DNA of 64,000 nucleotides, from assembly GCA_964291625.2 (NCBI GenBank), contig OZ220089.1, forward strand, positions 2,240,001 through 2,304,000, read 5' to 3'. The DNA is from Candidatus Latescibacterota bacterium (GTDB taxonomy: Bacteria > Latescibacterota > UBA2968 > UBA8231). Below are positions 46,751 through 54,662 of this stretch, one piece after another; position 1 is the first letter of the stretch; each line of letters opens with the position of its first letter. The position numbers and the translations under genes are program-made. The notes below the pieces were generated by a model that did no database searches, was not told where the DNA came from, and saw only the letters and a program-made list of their open reading frames with translations.

Positions 46751-47559
46751 TCGCGGGGCAGCAGCTCCAGGGGCTGCACGATCCTGCGGCGCTCCGGCGT
46801 CAGCCGCGCCAGCAGCTCCGGCGAGGGCGCGTACCCGAGCCGGAAGTTGCCCCACGACGGCCCGTAGCGGAAGACGCACACCCGCCGCTCCCCCGGCTTG
46901 CTGCGCCGGGCCGAGCCGTGGGAGATGCCGTCCACGAAGACCAGGGCGTCGCCGGCGGCGATGTGCACCTCCACGGCGCCTTCGGTCCCCTCGACGGTGG
47001 CGCCCCCCGGCTTCATGTGGTGCCGGTGGAACTCCGGGTGCTGGAAGTTCGACTTGTGGCTGCCGGGGATCACCATGGTGCAGCCGTCGCCCTCGCCGAT
47101 ATCGGTGAGGGCGGTCAGGACGTTCACCTGGCCGCACATGAAGCGCCCGCCGTGATAGCGGAACTGGTTGCGGTGGATGGGCGGATACCCCCCCGAATGG
47201 AGGCCGATGGCCTCTCCGGGTCCGCGAAAGCTGGCGAAGCACTCGTCGATGAAGAGCGGGCCGTGGTGGTAGTCGAAGGTGCCCTCGCCGCCGACGAAGA
47301 GCTTGACGTGCTCGATCCACGAGGGGTGGTCGATGAGCCGCTCGAAGGGCTCTCCCGCCTCGTAGATCTGCTGGTAGTTGAGGCCGTCCAGTGTCCCATA
47401 GGTGTGGCCCTGCACGTGGCCGTACCACTGGCCCGGCTCCAGGCGCGGGATGGCGTCGAGGCAGGCGTTGCAGGCGAGGACCTCCTCCGGCGACAGGGCG
47501 CCGCGCAGGTGGATGTAGCCGCGCAGGTCGAAGAGGTAGGTGTCGAGATCGGGGACCAT
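46642..47559 (-). CDS. PhyH-family dioxygenase with a repeat-encoded Pro/Ala tail
   Basis: YLFDLRGY, LHSGG, ALTDIGEGDGCTMVIPGSHKSN and AGDALVF...HG...RR. Confidence 0.85.
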   Translation of the reverse strand: MVPDLDTYLFDLRGYIHLRGALSPEEVLACNACLDAIPRLEPGQWYGHVQGHTYGTLDGLNYQQIYEAGEPFERLIDHPSWIEHVKLFVGGEGTFDYHHGPLFIDECFASFRGPGEAIGLHSGGYPPIHRNQFRYHGGRFMCGQVNVLTALTDIGEGDGCTMVIPGSHKSNFQHPEFHRHHMKPGGATVEGTEGAVEVHIAAGDALVFVDGISHGSARRSKPGERRVCVFRYGPSWGNFRLGYAPSPELLARLTPERRRIVQPLELLPREPQVKPPAVVSEGGAARAGVPPQVTPPPAVSEGGAA

Positions 47560-47568
47560 GTCGGGCCT

Positions 47569-47955
47569 TCAGGCCGCCCGGGGCAGCTGGGGCAGCCGGT
47601 CGAAGTGGGCGTCTCGGGAGTACAGGTGGACATCGTTCTCCACGACCAGCGCGGCGATCCACAGGTCGTTGGTGGGGATCGGCGTCCCCTGGGTGCGCAG
47701 TTGCAGGAACAGCTGGGCGTACTGGCGCGTCGTGGCCGCCGTGGGGAAGAGGACCTCCACTCTCGGCGAGGAGAGGAATCGGTCGAGGACCCGCTCGTTC
47801 TGGCCGGTCCGCGCCCCGGCCAGGAATCCGGCCCGCAGCTCGCCGAGGGTGATGAAGGGCAGGAAGACGCGCTCCGCCCTCTGCACCAGGTCGAGGCAGT
47901 CGGCATCGCCCGCGCAGAAGTCCCGGTAGCGATTGGTGTCGATGGCGATCCTCAC
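47569..47955 (-). CDS. vapC: VapC PIN-domain toxin
   Basis: IAIDTN, FITLGEL, PIPTNDLWIAA and SRDAHF. The GTG start overlaps the antitoxin TGA (GTGA). Confidence 0.9.
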   Translation of the reverse strand: MRIAIDTNRYRDFCAGDADCLDLVQRAERVFLPFITLGELRAGFLAGARTGQNERVLDRFLSSPRVEVLFPTAATTRQYAQLFLQLRTQGTPIPTNDLWIAALVVENDVHLYSRDAHFDRLPQLPRAA

Positions 47956-48212
47956 GACCACAGCTCTTCGTCGATCGCGTCCATCTCCTCGATCACCCGG
48001 TCGAACCCGGGGTCGTCCACCCACGTGCCAGCGAGGTGATCGAGATCGTGGAACCGTCTCTCCTCCCTCTGCAGTCCGAGCCCCTGCTCGAGGGCCTCCA
48101 GGGCGACCCGGTTCAGACTCCAGCCGTAGCTCGCCGCCCTCTCGCGGAGGGCGTGGTCGACGTGATCGGGAACGCCCCGAAGGGTGTACTGGATCGTGTG
48201 CCTTCTTTCCAT
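47952..48212 (-). CDS. vapB: Antitoxin (Arc/RHH, FitA/VapB-like)
   Basis: QYTLRGVP...LRERA...SLN RHH pattern with an acidic C-terminus. It lies directly upstream of the PIN toxin. Confidence 0.8.
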   Translation of the reverse strand: MERRHTIQYTLRGVPDHVDHALRERAASYGWSLNRVALEALEQGLGLQREERRFHDLDHLAGTWVDDPGFDRVIEEMDAIDEELWS

Positions 48213-48229
48213 GCCTGCAATGTAGGCAT
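48211..48229. promoter_or_regulatory. Inverted-repeat operator overlapping the -10 box and start codon of the TA operon
   Basis: ATGCCTGCA-A-TGTAGGCAT has 8/9 paired arms. The minus strand reads TACATT-N6-ATG. Confidence 0.65.
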
Positions 48230-48269
48230 ACAGGCGCATGCACACAAGGGGAGAGCTGGGAGAGCTGCT

Positions 48270-49280
48270 TCAGCCCACCCGGTACCTCTCCACGGCCGCC
48301 TTGTCCAGCTCCACCCCCAGGCCCGGCGCCGTCGGCACCTGCACCAGGCCGTCCTTGGGCGTCAGGGCCCCGCCGATGAGATCGTTCTCGCGGGTGAAGT
48401 GCAGGGAATCGGAAGGGATCGTGGCGTTGGGGATCACGGCGTGCACGTGGGTGCCGTAGGCGCCGGAGACCCCCAGGCCGAGGCCGACCACCTGCAGCCA
48501 CACCGGCAGGCCGGCGGCCCCGGCCATGCCGGCCATGACCTGGGCGCTCTCCACCGAGCCGCCCAGGTTGAAGGCGTCGGCGGCGTCGGCGCGGATGGCG
48601 CTCATCACCTGCTCGGGGTCGCCCAGGTGCGGAGCCAGGGGGATCGTCGAGTGCCGGCGGAAGTGGTGGTACTGGTGCCATCCGGGCCGGTACCGGAAGG
48701 GGTCCTCGAAGGCCTGGATGTTGTAGCCCTCCAGCTGCCGGGCGAGGCGCAGCGAGGTGGCCAGGTCCCCGAAGGAGAAGTTGGGATCGACGATGATGCC
48801 GTAGTCGGGACCGGCGGCCCGGGTCATGAGCTCCACGGTCTCGACGATGTTCCAGGGGCGGGCCTTCAGCTTGTGGGTCTTGTAGCCCAGCTTCGCCCCC
48901 TCCTCCGCCATGGCCGCGAACTCGGCCGGCTCCAGGGGCGGCGACCACCAGCCCACGGGGACCGAGCTCCAGTGTCGGGCCCCCATCAGGCGGCAGGCCG
49001 GCAAGCCGTAGGCCTTGCCGGCGATGTCGTAGCAGGCCATGGCCATGGCGCCGCCCATGTTGGGCAGATCCACGGCCAGGGGGTCCCTTCCCACCCAGGT
49101 CTCGTCGACGCCCTCCATCAGGTCGCCCCGCCCTCCCTCGCCGAGACCCGTGAGGCCCTCGTCGGTATGGACCTCGACGATGGTGATCGGATTCTCCCGG
49201 TAGTGCCCTGGGCGGCTCTTCTCGATGGAGGGGATGTGGGGAACGGCGGTGACGTAGCGGTCGATGCGGGTGATCTTCAC
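48270..49280 (-). CDS. Mandelate racemase/muconate lactonizing enzyme (enolase superfamily)
   Basis: KITRI, VHTDEGLTGLGE, YDIAGKA, KLK, VDPN, FEDP and PTAPGLGVELD. Confidence 0.9.
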   Translation of the reverse strand: MKITRIDRYVTAVPHIPSIEKSRPGHYRENPITIVEVHTDEGLTGLGEGGRGDLMEGVDETWVGRDPLAVDLPNMGGAMAMACYDIAGKAYGLPACRLMGARHWSSVPVGWWSPPLEPAEFAAMAEEGAKLGYKTHKLKARPWNIVETVELMTRAAGPDYGIIVDPNFSFGDLATSLRLARQLEGYNIQAFEDPFRYRPGWHQYHHFRRHSTIPLAPHLGDPEQVMSAIRADAADAFNLGGSVESAQVMAGMAGAAGLPVWLQVVGLGLGVSGAYGTHVHAVIPNATIPSDSLHFTRENDLIGGALTPKDGLVQVPTAPGLGVELDKAAVERYRVG

Positions 49281-49304
49281 GGATGGTCTCCTCGGTGGGG
49301 GTCC

Positions 49305-49802
49305 TCAGGCGGCGGCCCGGGAGCCGCTTCCGGCCTCCAGGTCCAGGAGGAAGCGCTTGATCCGCAGGCCTCCCGCGTAGCCCGTCAGGGACCCGCCGGC
49401 GCCGATGACGCGGTGGCAGGGGACGACCACGGGCAGCGGATTGCGGTGGTTGGCGCCGCCCACGGCGCGCGCCGCCCGGGGGCGGCCGAGGCGGCGGGCG
49501 ATCTCGCCGTAGGTGCTCGTGCCTCCATAGGGGATCTCCGTCAACGCCTGCCACACCCGTTGCTGGAAGGGTGTGCCGCGGGCGTCGAGGGGCAGGTCGA
49601 ACTCGACCCGCTCCCCGGAGAACCAGGCCGCCAGCTGCTCGCCGGCGCCGAAGGCCGGCTCGGCCAGGCGATGCCACTCCGCCGGCACCGGCAGCGCCGT
49701 GTCGGCGCCGTAGAACCAGATGCGGCGCAGGCCGGCGGCCGACCAGGCGACCCCGAGGCGGTCCAGGGGTGTGTCGATCACCGCGTAGTCGACAGAGCTC
49801 AC
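49305..49802 (-). CDS. ogt: Methylated-DNA--protein-cysteine methyltransferase
   Basis: GTPFQQRVW, IPYG, ARAVG, active site PCHRV and GYAGG. Confidence 0.95.
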   Translation of the reverse strand: MSSVDYAVIDTPLDRLGVAWSAAGLRRIWFYGADTALPVPAEWHRLAEPAFGAGEQLAAWFSGERVEFDLPLDARGTPFQQRVWQALTEIPYGGTSTYGEIARRLGRPRAARAVGGANHRNPLPVVVPCHRVIGAGGSLTGYAGGLRIKRFLLDLEAGSGSRAAA

Positions 49803-50836
49803 TCGATCACCTCCCGGGCATAGCCGAAGAGCGCGGGGTTGCCGCCCGTGTGCAGGAAGACCACGGGGCCGTCCCCCTTCGTCAGCTTGCCCTGGCGCAC
49901 GTGGGCGAACAAGGCCGCCATCGCCTTGCCCGTGTAGACCGGATCGAGCAGCACCCCCTCGGTTCGGGCGGTGGTGCGCACCGCCTCGAGGCAGGCCTCG
50001 GTGGGGATCCCGTATCCCGGGCCCACGAAGGACTCCTCGTTGTCGAAGTCGTCGGCGGTCAGCTCCACCTCCAGGCCGATGCGGCGGGCGCCCTGAAGGG
50101 CGATGCGGCGCATCTCCTCCTGCCGGCGCGGCCAGCCCTCGACAGGCGTGAAGCCGCGCACGTGGATGCCGCTGCCCAGGTACTTGAGGCCGAGGACGAC
50201 CCCGGCCTGGGTGGTGTCGTGGGCGGCCACGTACAGGAACCGGGGCTCGATGCCCAGCTGCCGCGACTGCCGCACCACCTCCAGCGCCGCCTCGGCATAG
50301 GCGAGGGCGTCGAGGTCGACCGTCTCCTCCGTGCGCGGCTCGTAGACCTTGCGGCCCTCGGCGCGCAGCTGGTCCGCCTTGTCCGCGAGGGCCTCGCCGT
50401 GGGACCGGCGGCCGGAATCGTCGTGGACGGTCACATGGGCGCCGAGGAGTCGCATCAGCAGGTGGTTGCCCTGCACCTCCTCGCGGTCGATGCCGCGCAC
50501 CGGGCGCAGGACCAGGTGCAGCTCCAGGCCCAGGCGGGCGCAGGCGGCCGACATCTGCCGGCAGTAGTTGGACTGCACGGCCGAGCCGGTGACGATCACC
50601 TCGGCGCCCCGCTCCCTGGCGTCGGCGAGGGAGAACTCGAGCATGCGCGTCTTGTTGCCGCCGAAGGCCAGGCCCGTCAGGTCGTCTCGCTTGATGTAGA
50701 TGTCGGGGCCGCCGAGCTCGGCGCCGAGGCGGGTCATCGGCTCCAGGGGCGTGGGGCGCACCGAGGCCAGCCGCACCCTGGGCAGGGCGGCCAGGGCGGT
50801 CTCGAACTCGCGCTCCCGGGCTGGGGTCATGGTCAT
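49799..50836 (-). CDS. D-cysteine desulfhydrase / ACC deaminase-family PLP enzyme
   Basis: PTPLE, KRDDLTGLAFGGNKTR, QSNYCR, LDPVYTGKA and FLHTGG. Confidence 0.9.
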   Translation of the reverse strand: MTMTPAREREFETALAALPRVRLASVRPTPLEPMTRLGAELGGPDIYIKRDDLTGLAFGGNKTRMLEFSLADARERGAEVIVTGSAVQSNYCRQMSAACARLGLELHLVLRPVRGIDREEVQGNHLLMRLLGAHVTVHDDSGRRSHGEALADKADQLRAEGRKVYEPRTEETVDLDALAYAEAALEVVRQSRQLGIEPRFLYVAAHDTTQAGVVLGLKYLGSGIHVRGFTPVEGWPRRQEEMRRIALQGARRIGLEVELTADDFDNEESFVGPGYGIPTEACLEAVRTTARTEGVLLDPVYTGKAMAALFAHVRQGKLTKGDGPVVFLHTGGNPALFGYAREVIE

Positions 50837-51948
50837 CGTCCTTTCGGCCAGCCCCTGGCCGGCAGCTTCGGCAGCTTGGCCTGGCGGTGGCACTCCTCCA
50901 TCACCGCCATCTGCACGCGCACCTGCCGTGGAGTGATCTCGAGCCGGGCGCCGCCGCGCAGAACCTCGTGGAGGTGATCGTAGAACCGCCGCGACATCCA
51001 CCGGAAGGCGTCGGCCTCGTCCTTCGACGGCGTCCAACTGTCCTCGGTGAACTCCAGCTCCTCCCGGCAGTAGGCCCGCTCGGGCAGGGGGCTGCGGATC
51101 AGCCGCTGCCTCGGCGTCCGCTTCTCATCGTACCAGCGCCACCGCAGGCCGCCGTTGCCGCCGCTCAGACCGCCCCGCGTCCCCTGGGCGTTGATCGTCT
51201 CCCCCGGCGGGTAGGCGTCGCAACTCGAGATCTCCAGGTCGATCACCGGGGCGCCCTTCTTCCGGAGCACCACCTTCACGTAGTCCTCGGCATCGCCGGA
51301 GGTGTTGGCCCGGTCCATGGCGCAGAACACCTCGTCCGGCTTGCGGAATCCCTGAAGACAGACGGCCCAGTCGAGGAAGTGAGGCCCGGTGTTGAGCAGA
51401 TTGCCGCCCTTGAACTCCTGCAGGGTCTGCCAGTCCCAGCGGCGGGCGAAGCCGTTGGCCGTGATCCGCACCTGCAGGATGCGCCCCAGCACGCCGGAGT
51501 CGATGACCTCGAGGGTCTTGCGGAACAGGGCCCGGTAGCGGGACTGCTGGAAGGGCGCCAGGACGCGGCGGGCCCTGCCGGCGGCGGCGATCATGCGGTC
51601 GAGCTGGGCCACGTTCCAGGCGGCGGGCTTCTCGCAGACCACGTGGTGGCCGGCCTTCAAGGCCTCGATCGTCACCGGCGGGTGCAGGTGCGACGGCAGG
51701 GCGTTGACCACGAGGTCGAGGTCGTCGCGGGCCAACAGATCGCGGTGCTCCCGGTAGCTGTCGCAGCCGAAGCGGCTCTCGGCCTCCCGGCGGCGGTCGG
51801 CGAGCAGATCGGCCACGGCGGCGATGCGGTACTTCCGGGGCGACTGCTCGAACCAGCGGCAGTGGATGCCGTAGCCGCTGCGGCCCTGCCCCAGGACGCC
51901 GACGCGCAGCGGGCCGGAGGTGCGGCGGCGCGGAGTGGCGGCGGACAT
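50833..51948 (-). CDS. Gfo/Idh/MocA-family oxidoreductase
   Basis: VGVLGQGRSG, VVCEKP and GGNLLNTGPHFLD. Confidence 0.9.
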   Translation of the reverse strand: MSAATPRRRTSGPLRVGVLGQGRSGYGIHCRWFEQSPRKYRIAAVADLLADRRREAESRFGCDSYREHRDLLARDDLDLVVNALPSHLHPPVTIEALKAGHHVVCEKPAAWNVAQLDRMIAAAGRARRVLAPFQQSRYRALFRKTLEVIDSGVLGRILQVRITANGFARRWDWQTLQEFKGGNLLNTGPHFLDWAVCLQGFRKPDEVFCAMDRANTSGDAEDYVKVVLRKKGAPVIDLEISSCDAYPPGETINAQGTRGGLSGGNGGLRWRWYDEKRTPRQRLIRSPLPERAYCREELEFTEDSWTPSKDEADAFRWMSRRFYDHLHEVLRGGARLEITPRQVRVQMAVMEECHRQAKLPKLPARGWPKGR

Positions 51949-52127
51949 GGAAGGCGTGCTCGACGGAAGGGGTGGTCGTTGGAGAACGCGGGCAAGACTA
52001 CGAAGGGCAGGTGACCGCAGCCACCCGGCGGGAGTCCCCCGAGGACCTCCGTCTGCCGCCGGCGCGCCACCCGCGGAGGACGCAGCTCTGCGTTGCCGCC
52101 GGTGGGTGCCGCCTTACCTTACCCGGG

Positions 52128-52862
52128 ATGATCCAACGCCTCGACGATGTCGCCCTCCCCACGGGGGAGCCCGTGGCCCTGTTCTCGGGCACCCCGCGGG
52201 AAACCCCGTGGCCGCAGCTCGACCTGATCGACCTGCCGGCCGGCGCCGTGCACGGGGCCCGCCCGGCCCCGGACGTGGAGTGCGGCTACCTGCTGTTGCG
52301 CGGGACGGCGGCCGTCGGCCCAGCCGAGGGTGCACCCGTGGCCGCGGACGCGCCCGCGGCGCTCCTGTGCGGCGTGGGTGCCGACCACCGTGTGACCGCC
52401 GGGCCCCGGGGCGCCCGCCTCATCGCCATCGGGGTCAGCGGCGCCGACCCCGGCGGCGGTCGGTTCCTGACCGAGCCCTTCACCCGCGACCGGCTGCCCT
52501 GGCGCGATGCCATCCACGGCGGCGGCGGCCGCATCGCCACCCGGCACCTGTGGGGGCCGGAGGACTTCGCCAGCAGCTGGACCTTCGTCGACCACGCCGT
52601 CCTCTCCCGGGGCAGCTCCCTGGGGCGCCACTACCACGAGCACATGGACGAGGTCTTCGTCGTCCTCTCGGGGGCCGGAGACATGACCATCGGCGACCGC
52701 ACCACGCGCATCGGTCCCGGCCACGTCACCCTGCAGCGCCCCGGCGAGGGCCACGGCCTCCTCAACCCCTGCGAGGAGCATCTCGACTTCGTGCGCGTCG
52801 CCGTGACCGAGAAGGGCAAGACCTTCACCACCATCGATCTGCACACCGGAGACCTCCCATGA
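52128..52862 (+). CDS. Cupin (bicupin-like) protein
   Basis: C-terminal cupin metal motif HYHEHMDEVF...GHGLLN. Start inferred at MIQRL (52128). Confidence 0.75.
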   Translation: MIQRLDDVALPTGEPVALFSGTPRETPWPQLDLIDLPAGAVHGARPAPDVECGYLLLRGTAAVGPAEGAPVAADAPAALLCGVGADHRVTAGPRGARLIAIGVSGADPGGGRFLTEPFTRDRLPWRDAIHGGGGRIATRHLWGPEDFASSWTFVDHAVLSRGSSLGRHYHEHMDEVFVVLSGAGDMTIGDRTTRIGPGHVTLQRPGEGHGLLNPCEEHLDFVRVAVTEKGKTFTTIDLHTGDLP

Positions 52863-53827
52863 CGAGCGCCACCGACACCTCCCGCCGCATGGCCGACGCC
52901 GCCCTCGCCTTCGTCGACGCTCTCGACGAGGCCCAGCGCAACCAGGCGCGCCTCGACTTCGGCGACGACGCCGAGCGCACCAACTGGCACTACATCCCCC
53001 GCGAGCGCGCCGGCCTGCCGATCAAGGAGATGGACGCCGCCCAGCGGGCCCGGGCGCTGGATCTCGTGGCCACCGGGCTGAGCGCGCCGGCCCACCAGCG
53101 GGCGCAGACGATCATGGCCCTGGAGGCGGTGCTGGCCGAGGTCGAGGGGCGCGGCCGCCGCTGGGCCCGCGACGAGGAGCTCTACTACGTGAGCCTCTTC
53201 GGCGAGATCGGCGGCGAGGGGCCCTGGGGCTGGCGCTTCGAGGGCCATCACATCTCGCTGAACAACACCATCCTCGGGGACCGGGTCTCGGCGGCGCCCC
53301 TGTTCTTCGGCGCCAACCCCGCCGAGGTCCGCCACGGCGAGAGCGAGGGGCTGCGGGCCCTGGCCGCCGAGGAGGACCTGGCCCGCGACCTGCTCTCCCA
53401 GCTCGACGGCGAGCAGCGGGCGCAGGCGGTGATCTCCGCCCAGGCGCCGGACGACATCCTCACCCGCAACGTGCCGCGCGTCGGCGGCGAGGTCGCCCCC
53501 GAGGGGCTGGCCGGCGGCGACATGAGCCCCGGCCAGCGCGAGCTGCTGGAGGCCCTGGTGCGCGTCTACGTCGAGCGCCAGCCGGAGGCCCTGGCCGAGA
53601 GCCAGATGCGGAGGCTGCGGCAGCGGGACCTCGAAGCCGCCCACTTCGCCTGGGCCGGCTCGGACCGCCGCGGCGAGGGCCACTACTACCGGGTCCTGGC
53701 GCCCGGCTTCCTGGCCGAGTACGACAACACCCAGAACGACGCCAACCACATCCACGCCGTGTGGCGCGATCTCGCCGACGACTTCGGCGGAGATCTCCTG
53801 CAACGGCACTACGCGCGGAGCCACTGA
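52859..53827 (+). CDS. DUF3500 domain protein
   Basis: RTNWHYIP, WGWRFEGHHISLN, PLFFGANP and EYDNTQNDANHIHAVWRD. ATGA overlap with the cupin gene. Confidence 0.85.
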   Translation: MTSATDTSRRMADAALAFVDALDEAQRNQARLDFGDDAERTNWHYIPRERAGLPIKEMDAAQRARALDLVATGLSAPAHQRAQTIMALEAVLAEVEGRGRRWARDEELYYVSLFGEIGGEGPWGWRFEGHHISLNNTILGDRVSAAPLFFGANPAEVRHGESEGLRALAAEEDLARDLLSQLDGEQRAQAVISAQAPDDILTRNVPRVGGEVAPEGLAGGDMSPGQRELLEALVRVYVERQPEALAESQMRRLRQRDLEAAHFAWAGSDRRGEGHYYRVLAPGFLAEYDNTQNDANHIHAVWRDLADDFGGDLLQRHYARSH

Positions 53828-53829
53828 CC

Positions 53830-54642
53830 ATGAGCACGATCGGCGCCATCCACCACAACTGGCCGGGGTACGACCTCGAAGGCTTCGCCCGGCGGGCCAG
53901 CGAGATCGGCTACGAGTCCTGCGAGCTGCACATCCGCGATCTCTGGGACGAGGCCGACGACGACGGCGGCCGCCGCGCCGAGGAGGTGCGGGCCACGTTC
54001 GAGGGCCTCGGCCTGAAGATCTCGGCGGTCTCCGCGGGCAACGATTTCATCCAGGCCGACCGGGACGACTTCGAGGTCCAGATCCGCCGCTACCGCCGGG
54101 TCTGCGAGATCATACCCAGGGCCGGCACCGACATCGTGCGCTCCGACGGCGGCTGGGACCGCGGCGGAAGGGTGCCCCAGGAGCGCTGGGACGGCATGAT
54201 GCTGGAGGCCTTCCAGCGCTGCGCCGGGTTCCTCGAGGAGCTCGACGTGCGCATCGCCCTCGACAACCACGGGGTCTCCACCAACGACGGCGACTGGCAG
54301 CTGCACCTGATCGAGCGCGTCGGCTCCGACCGCCTCGGGGTCAACCTCGACACCATGAACTACCGCTGGTTCGGCCACGACCTCGACCGCATCGACCACT
54401 TCTACGAGATCCTCGCCCCCCACACCTTCCACACCCACATCAAGGACGGCACCGGCTCCCGCTCCGAGTACAAGGGCGCCGCCCTCGGGGAGGGTGAGAT
54501 CCACCTCGACCACGCGATCCAGTGCCTGCGGAACGCCGGGTACTCCGGCGCCTGGACCGTGGAGTACGAGGGCCCCGAGGGCGAGGGCGGGATCGGCTAC
54601 GAGAAGTGCTACCGGTGGCTGCGGGATAACGTGCCGGAGTAA
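53830..54642 (+). CDS. Sugar phosphate isomerase/epimerase (AP endonuclease 2 TIM barrel)
   Basis: ALDNH, NLDTMN, HTHIKD, LGEGEI and GYSGAWTVEYE. Confidence 0.85.
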   Translation: MSTIGAIHHNWPGYDLEGFARRASEIGYESCELHIRDLWDEADDDGGRRAEEVRATFEGLGLKISAVSAGNDFIQADRDDFEVQIRRYRRVCEIIPRAGTDIVRSDGGWDRGGRVPQERWDGMMLEAFQRCAGFLEELDVRIALDNHGVSTNDGDWQLHLIERVGSDRLGVNLDTMNYRWFGHDLDRIDHFYEILAPHTFHTHIKDGTGSRSEYKGAALGEGEIHLDHAIQCLRNAGYSGAWTVEYEGPEGEGGIGYEKCYRWLRDNVPE

Positions 54643-54662
54643 GGGACCAGGCGGCGGGGGCG

